Shown here: in pieces, positions 46,451 through 56,431 of the stretch
Position numbering within the stretch: position 1 is the stretch's first letter
Layout: each line of letters begins with the position of its first letter
NCBI GenBank assembly: GCA_964612745.1
Contig: CAZTCH010000001.1
Location: 6,074-70,073, forward strand
Reading direction: 5' to 3'
Origin: an uncultured Candidatus Saccharibacteria bacterium
GTDB lineage: Bacteria; Patescibacteriota; Doudnabacteria; UBA920
Length of the DNA stretch: 64,000 nt
Translations under genes and position numbers: made by a program
Notes under the pieces: model-generated
Told to the model about the DNA's origin: nothing
Database searches by the model: none
Seen by the model: the letters and a program-made list of their open reading frames with translations, nothing else

Positions 46451-46720
46451 ATGCCAAATGTAGGTGATCCATATTTTAGGGGTGGTGTTTGTGTTGGGAC
46501 GTGGGAATTTATCGGTGGCAAATTAGTTGGCGTCGTTGACCAACAAGTGAGTGAACATTTTACTACAGAACATAAAGTCATTTCTGTTACTGAGGCACAC
46601 CCAAAACCAATTCACCATGGCCCGTTAGTTAGGCCGCGTAATCAACCTCACAAGGAAGGGGAGGAGTGGTGCGGAGATTGTACGTGCTATCATTTTCCGG
46701 GGCACCACCGTTACAGGTGA
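46451..46720 (+). CDS. Small hypothetical protein (His/Cys-rich C terminus)
   Basis: G-rich SD-like sequence before ATG; WCGDCTCYH. Confidence 0.45.
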   Translation: MPNVGDPYFRGGVCVGTWEFIGGKLVGVVDQQVSEHFTTEHKVISVTEAHPKPIHHGPLVRPRNQPHKEGEEWCGDCTCYHFPGHHRYR

Positions 46721-46787
46721 GTTTGCGTACGGTATTTCCATCTCGAGGCTGCAAGCGCGGCCTCTTTTTTCTTGATATACTGTATAT

Positions 46788-47882
46788 ATGATTATTGGCA
46801 TAGAAGCAGAGCGGGCGAATAGTGGGCAGAAGACGGGGGTAGAACACTATGCCCAGCAACTTATTTTACAATTTGCAGAGATAGACAAGGAAAATCAGTA
46901 CGTATTGTATTTGCGGACACAGCCGCAAGAGTGGATTTTGCAATTACCCAAAAATTTTAGTTATAAAGTAATGCCGTTTCCGTTGTTTTGGACGCAACTG
47001 CGGCTTTCTTGGGAAATGTTGCGACATGCCCCAGATGTACTGTTTGTGCCAGCAAGTAGCATGCCGTTGGTGCACCCACGTAAAACGGTAGTAACAGTGC
47101 ATGACTTGGCGTTCATGTTGTACCCAGAAACATATACTTCGTTCATGCGGTACTACCATATGTTTGAAGATGTGCTGGTGAGTCGTTTGGCGTGGCGGGT
47201 GATAACCGTGTCCGAAAGCACCAAACGTGATTTTGTAAAGTTTTGGCAAGCGGACGAAAAGCGGATTCGGGTCATACACCACGGGTATACTGCTCAGTCT
47301 GCTACAACCTACAACCTACAACCTACAACCTCACTACAGTTGCCAGAGAAGTTTGTGCTGTTTCTCTCTACCCTCCAGCCGAGGAAGAATTTGCACGGAC
47401 TGATTGCTGCGTGCAAAGAATATAGACTGCAGCACTCAACTGAAGATCTGAAGCTTGTGGTGGCAGGGCGCGTTGGGTGGAAGTCGGAAGAAATTGTTGC
47501 AGAAATAGAAGCGAATAAAGATTTTGTGGTGCACCTCAACCATGTGACAGATGCAGACAGGGCGATGCTCTACCAGCGTGCGAGTGTGTTTTGTGTGCCG
47601 TCGTTCTACGAAGGGTTTGGTATGTGGATTTTAGAAGCGTTTGATGCGGGGGTTCCGGTGGTCACGTCGAATGTGTCTAGCATGCCAGAAGTGGCAGGGG
47701 ATGCATCCGAGTACTGCGACCCGCACGATATGGCGAGTATTGCCAGTGCACTTACGCGAGTTCTGCAAGACAAAGAAAGAGCCGCTCTACTTGTCCAAAA
47801 AGGACGAGAGCGGCTACAAGAGTTTAGCTGGCGTAAGTGTGCCGAAGAGTCTTTGGCTACTCTGACTTCTCAGGAGCAATAA
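46788..47882 (+). CDS. GT4 glycosyltransferase
   Basis: TVHDL, QPRKN, PSFYEGFGMWILEA, SSMPEVAGD. Confidence 0.92.
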   Translation: MIIGIEAERANSGQKTGVEHYAQQLILQFAEIDKENQYVLYLRTQPQEWILQLPKNFSYKVMPFPLFWTQLRLSWEMLRHAPDVLFVPASSMPLVHPRKTVVTVHDLAFMLYPETYTSFMRYYHMFEDVLVSRLAWRVITVSESTKRDFVKFWQADEKRIRVIHHGYTAQSATTYNLQPTTSLQLPEKFVLFLSTLQPRKNLHGLIAACKEYRLQHSTEDLKLVVAGRVGWKSEEIVAEIEANKDFVVHLNHVTDADRAMLYQRASVFCVPSFYEGFGMWILEAFDAGVPVVTSNVSSMPEVAGDASEYCDPHDMASIASALTRVLQDKERAALLVQKGRERLQEFSWRKCAEESLATLTSQEQ

Positions 47883-48093
47883 CCTCGATTTCATCTATGG
47901 CGCAATCGTAAATCCCAATATTGCTGTGGAGTACGGCGCGATTATCTGCGAGGCTCAGTGTGCCAATCAAAACAAATATTTCTGTTCGTTCGGTTGCGTC
48001 CTTCAAAAATACGCACCCTTGGCGCAGTACGACAGAGCATCGTTTACCAGAATAGCCGACTTCGAGCACTGTGGTATCGTAGAAACTTTGCAT
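47857..48093 (-). CDS. Small hypothetical protein (78 aa) opposite to the glycan operon
   Basis: AGGAGG SD upstream of ATG 48093; fills the gap between GT4 and the ligase. Confidence 0.5.
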   Translation of the reverse strand: MQSFYDTTVLEVGYSGKRCSVVLRQGCVFLKDATERTEIFVLIGTLSLADNRAVLHSNIGIYDCAIDEIEVIAPEKSE

Positions 48094-48139
48094 GAGCAGA
48101 CCTCCTTGTGGTTGCAGGTTTTTGTAATTTGAAAATAGT

Positions 48140-49786
48140 ATGAACGTATTGAAGCAAAAAAACAACTGGTTAGGTTTACTTGTGTTAGCACAGCTTATTT
48201 TGGTGTACCTCTTGGCGATTGGTGTGGTGCCAGCATGGGTTGTTTTAGTGCAAGCAGTAGTGCTTGCGGGTTTAGTGTTGTCACTCCCTTCTACGTATGG
48301 TTTGCGCGTTTTTGTGGTGTCTGTGCCATTTTATTTGGTGTTACCACAGCAGTATTCCAACACATTGTCGACGTGGCGGCCACTGGTAGCGCTTTTGTTT
48401 GTGCGTGTTGTGGGAGAGTTTTTGTTTTACATCTATCGCAGTGGTAGAGCCGAACACAAAACCTTATCCAACTTTTTCACAATTGTGAAAAAGTTGGATA
48501 AGACTGTGCGTAGCGTAAGGGCGTGGGAGTGGACTGCGGTTGCTCTGTTTGTGTTTGGGTTGGTGTCGCTTCTCTGGGCACGATTTCCCGTGGAAGGAGC
48601 AAAGCAGTTAGTATTTTTACTGAACGCAGCGCTGCTCTACCCAATAGTCTTGTGGGTGTTACGGGATAGAAAACAGACTTTGCCGGTGTTGGTGTCTGGG
48701 GTTGTGTCTACTGGGGTAATAATTTTTATGGGGTTTGTGCAATACGCCATAACGCTGTTTACTGTTGCGTATTACTTCTGGCAGTTCTGGGCGTTGCAGG
48801 TAGCAAGTTTGTACTACGGCACGGAGCTTGCGCGCGTGTTGCAGTATTCCAACTCGTGGGTGACGGTGCAAGGTGAAGAAAAGATTTTGCGCATGTTTTC
48901 CGTAATGCCAAGCAGTCATGCGTTCGCTATGGTTGCGGTGCTCTTTTTGGCGTTTGTCTTACCACTGTTGTACCTGAACAGGCATAACGAAAAACTGACG
49001 GCCGTCGAAAATGCGTTACATTTTAGTGAGCTTAAAAAGCAATGGGTGTTGTGGGCTTCTGTGGTGTTGGCGTCGTTTGCGCTAATACTTTCGGGTACGC
49101 GCGGGGTGTGGCTGGGGATGTTACCTGTGTTAGTTGTTGCAGGGTTGGTGTACTACCGAAGTAAGTTGCGAATGTTGGTAGCGCCCATTTTTGCGTGCAT
49201 GCTTTTGGTGGTGGTATTGTTTGAGTTTTCTCCGATTACCGATAGGGTCACATCTTGGGTGCGCAGTGGGGGTTGGCGGTCGGGGACTTTGGAGCGGGTG
49301 GTGAGTATTGCCAACACAAACGAAACTTCGAACGCGGGGAGACTTGCTATGTGGAAGCGTGTGGGTGCGCAAGTACTGCACAATCCGTTTGGGGTGGGCT
49401 ATGGCAACTTTGTGGCTACGCTCGAACCGGACGCAACTACTGCAGACTTTGAAGCTATTGCCAATCAAGACAACGATGCATACAACTTACCACAGCGGTA
49501 TGTGACTGCGCATAGTTTGTACTTGCAACTACTGGCAGAACTTGGAGTAGTTGGGTTGGTATTGTTTGGGTTGTTTTGGATTTTTCTGCTATGGGACATG
49601 GGGAAAGCAGTTGTGGCGAGTAGTGAGTTGAATTTGAACAACATTTTTTTGGTTACCACCTTTTGTGTGTTTCTGTGGTTTTTGGCATATAGCGTATTTG
49701 ACCTGACATGGTTGAATGATAAGATACTTCTATATACGTTTTTGTTGTTCGCCCTTATGCGCACACTCAAACGCCCGCAGATGTAG
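48140..49786 (+). CDS. O-antigen ligase/polymerase-like membrane protein
   Basis: SGTRGVW, SNAGRLAMW, GVGYGNF, AHSLYLQLLAELGVVG. Confidence 0.88.
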   Translation: MNVLKQKNNWLGLLVLAQLILVYLLAIGVVPAWVVLVQAVVLAGLVLSLPSTYGLRVFVVSVPFYLVLPQQYSNTLSTWRPLVALLFVRVVGEFLFYIYRSGRAEHKTLSNFFTIVKKLDKTVRSVRAWEWTAVALFVFGLVSLLWARFPVEGAKQLVFLLNAALLYPIVLWVLRDRKQTLPVLVSGVVSTGVIIFMGFVQYAITLFTVAYYFWQFWALQVASLYYGTELARVLQYSNSWVTVQGEEKILRMFSVMPSSHAFAMVAVLFLAFVLPLLYLNRHNEKLTAVENALHFSELKKQWVLWASVVLASFALILSGTRGVWLGMLPVLVVAGLVYYRSKLRMLVAPIFACMLLVVVLFEFSPITDRVTSWVRSGGWRSGTLERVVSIANTNETSNAGRLAMWKRVGAQVLHNPFGVGYGNFVATLEPDATTADFEAIANQDNDAYNLPQRYVTAHSLYLQLLAELGVVGLVLFGLFWIFLLWDMGKAVVASSELNLNNIFLVTTFCVFLWFLAYSVFDLTWLNDKILLYTFLLFALMRTLKRPQM

Positions 49787-49844
49787 TAATAAAGAACTGT
49801 CAAATTTTACTCACAAATGTGAGTAAAATTAGACAAAAGATTTT

Positions 49845-50855
49845 ATGGCAAAAGTTGCAATTGTACAAATGGTGTATAACGGAATGAAATATATTCCGCA
49901 GTCGTTTGATTCTATGGTGAACCAGACGTACAAAGACGTAGAAATCATTGCAGTTATAAACGGGAACGCCGATGGAGGGAAAGAGTATATACAGCAACAC
50001 TACCCAAGCGTGCGGATTATTGAACCCTCCGAGAACTTGAAATTTGTGCGGGGACACAATTTAATTTTTGAGACGGTTGATGCCGAGTTTTTTCAGTTGG
50101 TAAACCAAGATTTAATTTTACAGCCTACGTATGTAGAAGAAATTTTACAAGCATTTGCCGACCCTGTGGTTGGTGCTGCAAATGGTAAGATTTTTCAATA
50201 TGATTTTGACTCGAACGTTGCGAGTGACGTACTAGATACTACGGGGATTGTTGTTTCCAAAAATGGTCGTGGAAAAAGCAGAGGGCAGAATGAACAAGAT
50301 ACTGGCGCGTATGATTCCCAGCTAGAGATTGTAGGTGTGGATGGCGCGGCATGTATGTATAGAAAGAGCGCGCTAGAGAAGATTAAATACCAGCGTGTAG
50401 ACGGGCATGCTGAATATTTTGATGTAGATTTTGAGATGTATTGGGAGGACGTAGATTTGTCGCTACGTTTACAAAACGCTGGTTTTAAATGTCGGTTTGT
50501 ACCAGCGGCGGTGGGGTACCATGGTCGCACTGCTGGGTCGAGTAAAAAAGGGTACAAAGATGTAGCTGCGTTTAAAGAGCATCATAAAAAACTACCAACT
50601 TGGATAAAAGAATATAACTATAAGAACCACATTTTTTTAGTTATCAAAAATTTCCCACAGTTTTATTTGAAGTTCTTTGTGCGTGAATTTTTTATGTTGG
50701 GGTATATTTGTGTGTTTGAAACATCGACCTTAAAAATACTTCCAACCATGATTCGACAACTTCCTGCTATGTGGCGAAAACGGAAATGGATACAGATGCA
50801 TCGAAGTAGTGCCAATTGGGTGGGGTTGCTGAATGATAAGGGTTTGCTTTCTTAA
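49845..50855 (+). CDS. GT2 glycosyltransferase
   Basis: VNQD, GAACMYRK, FEMYWEDVDLSLR. Confidence 0.9.
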   Translation: MAKVAIVQMVYNGMKYIPQSFDSMVNQTYKDVEIIAVINGNADGGKEYIQQHYPSVRIIEPSENLKFVRGHNLIFETVDAEFFQLVNQDLILQPTYVEEILQAFADPVVGAANGKIFQYDFDSNVASDVLDTTGIVVSKNGRGKSRGQNEQDTGAYDSQLEIVGVDGAACMYRKSALEKIKYQRVDGHAEYFDVDFEMYWEDVDLSLRLQNAGFKCRFVPAAVGYHGRTAGSSKKGYKDVAAFKEHHKKLPTWIKEYNYKNHIFLVIKNFPQFYLKFFVREFFMLGYICVFETSTLKILPTMIRQLPAMWRKRKWIQMHRSSANWVGLLNDKGLLS

Positions 50856-50861
50856 TGAGTG

Positions 50862-50914
50862 GATGGGCACCATCTGCATGCTCCGCCTGTCGGCGGATGC
50901 AGATGGTGCCCATC
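50862..50914. repeat. GATGGGCACCATCT element, copy 5, with nested TCCGCC..GGCGGA hairpin
   Basis: gatgggcaccatctgcat-gctccgcctgtcggcgg-atgcagatggtgcccatc. Confidence 0.8.
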
Positions 50915-50963
50915 GTGCAGTGCGTGTTGGATTTGTTATTTGTTATTTCGAATTTCTATTACT

Positions 50964-51860
50964 ATGGACCTCTCAATTATTTTTGTAAATTATAAAGATA
51001 AGCAACATTTGCTGGATGCTTTGGACGCAGTGTATTCCTCTAAGGTGAATTTTAGCTACGAAGCAATTGTTGTAGACAATGACTCTCAGGATGATAGCTT
51101 GGATGCTGTTCGGGCGCGATTTTTTTCTGACCCAGCGAAAGCGGCGGTTACACAGTTGGTGCCCAATGTGAATAACGGTTTTGTAGGTGGGAATAATTTA
51201 GGTATTAGCTTAGCAAGCGGCGAGTATACGCTGTTACTTAACTGTGACACAAAGCTTTCTCCTGAAACGCTGCAGGTAATGATGGACTTTATGAAGTCAC
51301 GACCGGATGTCGGGATTAGTACGTGCAAGCTGGTAAAAAGAAATGGTGAGTTAGATTGGGCATGCAGGCGCAGTTTCCCTGACCCATGGGTGTCTTTTTT
51401 CCGATTGTCTGGTTTGTCTAAACTATTTCCGAACAGTAAAACACTCGCAGCATACAACCTGACTTACAAAAGCGTAGACGAAGAAACAGAAGTAGACTCC
51501 TGCGTGGGGGCGTTCATGTTTATTTCTCCCGCGTGCATGAAAGCAATCCAAGGGTTTGACACTGACTACTATATGTACGGCGAAGACTTGGACATGTGTT
51601 TTCGGGCAAAGCAGGCAGGGTTTAAAGTCTGGTATTACCCGAAAACTACTACCATTCACTACAAGGGGCAGTCATCGCGCAAGGCACCGAAGCGCGCGCT
51701 CTATGCGTTCCATGACGCCATGTGGATTTTTTACCGTAAACATTTGCAGCAGAAATATCCTGCGCCTTTTAACTGGCTCGTCTATGTTGGTATCTGGGGT
51801 CGCTACTATGTTAAACTGATACAGAACATGCTGCGCAAAGAAGCGATTGTGAGTAAGTAG
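50964..51860 (+). CDS. GT2 glycosyltransferase (WbbL-like)
   Basis: VVDNDSQD, GFVGGNNLG, LLNCD, YMYGEDLDMC. Confidence 0.9.
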   Translation: MDLSIIFVNYKDKQHLLDALDAVYSSKVNFSYEAIVVDNDSQDDSLDAVRARFFSDPAKAAVTQLVPNVNNGFVGGNNLGISLASGEYTLLLNCDTKLSPETLQVMMDFMKSRPDVGISTCKLVKRNGELDWACRRSFPDPWVSFFRLSGLSKLFPNSKTLAAYNLTYKSVDEETEVDSCVGAFMFISPACMKAIQGFDTDYYMYGEDLDMCFRAKQAGFKVWYYPKTTTIHYKGQSSRKAPKRALYAFHDAMWIFYRKHLQQKYPAPFNWLVYVGIWGRYYVKLIQNMLRKEAIVSK

Positions 51861-51892
51861 AAAAGCAGTTTGAATATTTTTAAGAAACACAC

Positions 51893-53146
51893 ATGGAAGA
51901 ACAAAACACAACAACACCAGAAAAATCTCGCTTCGTAGTGCGTGTACTCAGTGGCGTACTCGTTGCACTATTAGTTGCTGGTGGGTACGGTATTGGGTTT
52001 TGGCAGGGCAAACAAGGGTTTGTGTTTGAACCAAGCACATTTAAAATAGTTAACCAAAAAGATAGACCACAAACAGTAGACTACAACTTACTGTGGGACA
52101 CGATTGCCAAGCTGAAGTCTGCGCACATCGACAAACCAACCAACGACCAAAAAATACTGTATGGTGCGGTCAAAGGTGCAGTGCAGTCTTTGGGTGACCC
52201 CTATAGCGAATTCTTTACTCCAGAAGAGCTCAAGAGTTTCCAGACAGACTTAGCGGGGAGTTTTGATGGCATTGGCGCGGAGATAGGGAAGCAAAATGGT
52301 GACATCGTGATTATTGCCCCGCTCGATGGCGCACCAGCAAAAGCTGCAGGGCTCATGCCAAAAGATATTATTGTGAAAGTAGATGGTGTGCAGGTAGAAG
52401 ACTGGTCGGTAGAAGAAACAGTCAGGCGCATTCGAGGCAAGAAAGGAACTACCGTGACGCTTACCATTTACCGAGAAGGTAGAAGCGATACGTTTGATGT
52501 AGCTATAAAGCGCGACCAGATTGTAATAAAATCGGTAAAGTGGGAAGTAAAGACAGTGACTGCTGCGCGCGACCAAAAGAAAATTGGATATATATCTGTT
52601 TCCCGTTTTGGGGACGACACCGAAAGCTTGTTTAGCACTGCTGTGCAAGATCTTCGCTCCCAAGGCGTGTCTGGTTTAGTGCTCGACTTGCGTAGTGATC
52701 CCGGTGGGTACTTGGACACTGCAGTAGAGCTTGCCAGTTACTGGATTGCTAAAGATAAATTGGTGGTAAAAGAAGCGCACAGTAGCGGTGCGGACGTTGA
52801 CTACAAATCAAAAGGGTACGGCCGGCTCACTGGTGTGCCTACCGTAACACTGATTAACGGCGGGAGTGCTTCTGCTTCGGAAATTTTGGCTGGTGCTTTG
52901 CATGACTACAAACTTACGACGCTCCTTGGTGAAAAGTCTTATGGTAAGGGGAGTGTGCAAGAGATTTTGGCGCTTTCTGGCGGGAGTGCGCTCAAGGTAA
53001 CAATTGCAAAATGGATTACCCCGAACGGGAAAAACATTAGCAAGGAAGGACTTACTCCAGACATAGAAGTAAAACTGACAGAAGAAGATGTAAGGGCGCA
53101 AAAAGATCCCCAGCTCGAGAGGGCGTTACAAGAGTTGACAAAATAG
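51893..53146 (+). CDS. ctpA: S41 carboxyl-terminal processing protease
   Basis: DPYS, GIGA (PDZ), LDLRSDPGG, SASASEI, GEKSYGKGSVQ. Confidence 0.93.
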   Translation: MEEQNTTTPEKSRFVVRVLSGVLVALLVAGGYGIGFWQGKQGFVFEPSTFKIVNQKDRPQTVDYNLLWDTIAKLKSAHIDKPTNDQKILYGAVKGAVQSLGDPYSEFFTPEELKSFQTDLAGSFDGIGAEIGKQNGDIVIIAPLDGAPAKAAGLMPKDIIVKVDGVQVEDWSVEETVRRIRGKKGTTVTLTIYREGRSDTFDVAIKRDQIVIKSVKWEVKTVTAARDQKKIGYISVSRFGDDTESLFSTAVQDLRSQGVSGLVLDLRSDPGGYLDTAVELASYWIAKDKLVVKEAHSSGADVDYKSKGYGRLTGVPTVTLINGGSASASEILAGALHDYKLTTLLGEKSYGKGSVQEILALSGGSALKVTIAKWITPNGKNISKEGLTPDIEVKLTEEDVRAQKDPQLERALQELTK

Positions 53147-53418
53147 TATAAAGTAAGCATAATACGCTTACAACTACCAAAGACGGACGTGCATACCGCA
53201 CGTCCGTTTGGGTTAGAAAAAATGAAAGGAAGAGACAGCGATGTTTAAGAGACTATGGCTATACGCCAGAATTTTACTCATCGTTGCCCTAATCTGGGGT
53301 CTGGATGCGGTCATAAATTACCGCAAGCCATACCCTGTTATTACTTACAACATAACACTCACCAAGTTGTAAGTAAGCCCACCTTGCCAGCTGTAACAAG
53401 CTGGCATTTTCTTTTGTA

Positions 53419-53447
53419 TTGACTTTTATGCTAAAAAGTGGTAAAAT
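53419..53447 (+). promoter_or_regulatory. Sigma70 promoter (extended -10)
   Basis: TTGACT-17 bp-TAAAAT with TGn. Confidence 0.6.
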
Positions 53448-53551
53448 GCATAAAAGCAAAAACGGCAGAAAGTTCTGCCAAAACCACAAAAATCTGAGCA
53501 AGGCTAGTTTTCTAGTTTTGTTCTTCACCACCCTGTAAGGAGGGGAAAATC

Positions 53552-53962
53552 GTGAAAAGAGTATTCTTGTTTTTGGTAGTTGTGGGATTTATTGGGTTGG
53601 TATTTTGGTCGGCTTACAACATTGGTAAAAGCCCCAACCCAAATAACGCGCCATTTATTGCGGAGCCAACACAGCCAACGGTGACTCCTACCGTTGACGC
53701 ATCGGTGAACCTCATTACTGTCCGGGGGTTCGTGCAAACTAAATTGCCCGGCACATTTTACGTGAGCAAAAGCAGAATATACAAAACCCCAGAAGGGGGG
53801 ATGTACATCATTGCTGATAGTAAAATTTACAGAGAGAGATTCTATGACGATGAAGTCCAGATTGCCTTCGACGGTAAAGAAGGCCGCGTCGTTGGCTCGA
53901 TTGAGGGTATCACAAACACCAATGCTAGTATTGGTCCGTATGACATGCCACTCACAAACTGA
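53552..53962 (+). CDS. Hypothetical membrane-anchored protein
   Basis: GTG start with SD AAGGAGGGG; N-terminal TM. Confidence 0.6.
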   Translation: MKRVFLFLVVVGFIGLVFWSAYNIGKSPNPNNAPFIAEPTQPTVTPTVDASVNLITVRGFVQTKLPGTFYVSKSRIYKTPEGGMYIIADSKIYRERFYDDEVQIAFDGKEGRVVGSIEGITNTNASIGPYDMPLTN

Positions 53963-54047
53963 CTATCGCTAACCTTTTTTGACCCGCATGCGCTGTGCTT
54001 TGCAGCACTCGCATGACAGGGTCTTTCTTTTTTGGTATATTTTAACT

Positions 54048-55970
54048 ATGAAAGCAACAGAAGTCAGGTCAAAATATTTGCGGTTTTTTGAAGGTAAGGG
54101 CCATGTCGTCATACCTTCTGCATCTTTAGTGCCAGAGAACGACGCTACGACGTTGTTTACCGGAAGCGGTATGCAGCCAATGGTGCCGTATTTGCTGGGC
54201 GAACCTCACCCGTTGGGTACGCGGATTGCGGACTCCCAAAAGTCATTTCGCAGCCAAGATATAGAAGAAGTGGGCGACAACCGTCACACGACGTTTTTTG
54301 AAATGTTGGGCAACTGGTCCTTGGGTGACTTTTTTAAACAAGAGCAGATTCCGTGGATGTTCGAATTTTTGACTTCCGAACTGGGGCTAGACCCAAGCCG
54401 GATTTACGTGACTTGTTTTCGGGGTAATGACGACTTAGGAATTCCTCGCGACACCGAAGCAGCAGAATTGTGGCAAGGGTTGTTTACGCAAAAAGGTGTA
54501 GACGCAAACATTGTAGATTTCCCTGAGCAGGGTGGCATGCAAGGTGGGCGCATTTTTTACTATAACGAAAAAAAGAACTGGTGGAGCCGTTCTGGTGTGC
54601 CTTCTGCTATGCCCGTGGGTGAGCCTGGTGGACCAGATACAGAAATGTTCTGGGATTTTGGTGCAGCACTTGGTTTGCACGAACAATCCGAGTGGAAAGA
54701 CGAACCATGTCACGTAAACTGTGACTGTGGCCGATTTATGGAAATTGGCAACAACGTGTTCATGGAGTACATCAAAACCGAGACTGGTTTTGAAAAGCTT
54801 AAGCAGCAAAATGTAGATTTTGGTGGTGGGCTCGAACGTATGGCAGCCGCGGTGGGTGATAACCCAGACATGTTCCGCGTGGATTTGCTGTGGAGTTTGG
54901 TGGAGTACATTCAGACAGTGACTGGTAGACAGTACGCAGAGTCTGCAGAAGTGACCAAACAAATGCGTATTGTGGCAGATCACATTCGGGGTAGTGTGTT
55001 TTTGGTGAGTGATGGTGTGGTCCCTTCCAACAAAGACCGTGGCTATGTGCTGCGTCGTTTGCTGCGCCGTGCAATGGTGGCCGTGCGTATGTTAGGAAGC
55101 CAAGCCGATTGGGTTGCAGGAGCTGTAGCAAAAGTCATAGAGATTTACAGCGACTCCTACCCACAACTGGCAACCAACGAAGCACAGATTACCAAAGTTA
55201 TAACAGAAGAAAAAAATAAGTTTGCGACAACTTTAGATAAAGGGATAAAAGAATTTCGTAAGATTGCTATTGATCATTCAGTTGATTTGGATACAGATGC
55301 AGGCGGCTTGCGTGATAAACCATCTAAGGTTTTTACTGCTGTGGATGCGTTTAACTTATACCAAACATTTGGTTTTCCTTGGGAGCTAACCCGAGACTTG
55401 GCCAAAGAGGCAGGGCTCTCCGTGGACGAAGAAGAATTTAAGGCAGAGTTCAAAAAGCACCAAGACTTGTCTCGTACTGCGAGCGCTGGTGACTTTAAAG
55501 GTGGACTTGGCGGTACAGGCGAAATCTATACTCGGTACCACACTGCAACGCACTTGCTACAAAAAGCGCTCCGTATTGTGCTGGGTGAAGACGTGTGGCA
55601 GAAGGGGAGCAATATTACCGAAGAGCGCACTCGGTTTGATTTTACTTTTGGCAGAAAAATGACAGACGAAGAAAAGCAGCAAGTAGAAGATTTGGTAAAC
55701 TCATGGATTGCTCGTGACTTGGGAGTAAAGCGTGAAATGGTAGCACTGGAAGAAGCACGAGCTCGTGGGGCTATTGGGTTGTTCGGCGAAAAGTACGCAG
55801 ACACCGTGTCTTTGTATACCGTGTACGACCCGAAGACAGAAGAAGTGATTTCGCTCGAGTTCTGTGGTGGGCCGCATGTAGAGCACACGCAGATTATTGG
55901 CAAATTTAAAATTCAAAAAGAAGAAGCAGTCAGTGCTGGTGTCCGCCGGATTAAAGCGGTTATTGAATAA
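54048..55970 (+). CDS. alaS: Alanine--tRNA ligase (short form: catalytic plus editing domain, no C-Ala)
   Basis: LFTGSGMQP, HTTFFEMLGNWS, DHIR, RRLLRR, HTATHLL, EFCGGPH, GVRRI. Confidence 0.95.
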   Translation: MKATEVRSKYLRFFEGKGHVVIPSASLVPENDATTLFTGSGMQPMVPYLLGEPHPLGTRIADSQKSFRSQDIEEVGDNRHTTFFEMLGNWSLGDFFKQEQIPWMFEFLTSELGLDPSRIYVTCFRGNDDLGIPRDTEAAELWQGLFTQKGVDANIVDFPEQGGMQGGRIFYYNEKKNWWSRSGVPSAMPVGEPGGPDTEMFWDFGAALGLHEQSEWKDEPCHVNCDCGRFMEIGNNVFMEYIKTETGFEKLKQQNVDFGGGLERMAAAVGDNPDMFRVDLLWSLVEYIQTVTGRQYAESAEVTKQMRIVADHIRGSVFLVSDGVVPSNKDRGYVLRRLLRRAMVAVRMLGSQADWVAGAVAKVIEIYSDSYPQLATNEAQITKVITEEKNKFATTLDKGIKEFRKIAIDHSVDLDTDAGGLRDKPSKVFTAVDAFNLYQTFGFPWELTRDLAKEAGLSVDEEEFKAEFKKHQDLSRTASAGDFKGGLGGTGEIYTRYHTATHLLQKALRIVLGEDVWQKGSNITEERTRFDFTFGRKMTDEEKQQVEDLVNSWIARDLGVKREMVALEEARARGAIGLFGEKYADTVSLYTVYDPKTEEVISLEFCGGPHVEHTQIIGKFKIQKEEAVSAGVRRIKAVIE

Positions 55971-56014
55971 GTACGATATTGCTTTGGATGCACTCAAAAA
56001 ACACAATTGATATT

Positions 56015-56416
56015 ATGAATACCTATAGTAAATATTTGCGATACCTGTTTGGGGCATGGTTGTTGTTGGTTTTCGTTGGGCTTCCTGTCGCTTGGATATT
56101 TGGGAAGTTGATGTCTCCAGGCGACGACATTATTTATGTAGTGATTGGTGGGTATTGGGTTATTGTCTATTTACTGCTCTGGCTTGTGAGTTTGGTAACT
56201 CTATTAGTTGCGTATAAGCATTGGAGGGTGGAAAGCAGAATAGAGTTTATTGAACAGAAGCGTGTACTCAAAGGCTGGCTGAGGTTGCATGTAGTACTGT
56301 CTTTAATTCCTCTTGCTGTGATTATTTGGTTACAGCTAAGTTCTTTGACTGATGCGACTGTGCCCGTTAATTGTCCGCCGGGGATGGCGTGTGAGACAAA
56401 AGAAATTTACAAATAG
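56015..56416 (+). CDS. Hypothetical membrane protein (3 TM)
   Basis: Hydrophobic helices, C-terminal CPPGMAC. Confidence 0.55.
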   Translation: MNTYSKYLRYLFGAWLLLVFVGLPVAWIFGKLMSPGDDIIYVVIGGYWVIVYLLLWLVSLVTLLVAYKHWRVESRIEFIEQKRVLKGWLRLHVVLSLIPLAVIIWLQLSSLTDATVPVNCPPGMACETKEIYK

Positions 56417-56431
56417 TAAAATAAGAAAAAT

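Noticed and set aside
53289-53531. 80-aa minus-strand ORF
   Set aside because: Overlaps the promoter of the 53552 gene and has no supporting motif or ribosome-binding site
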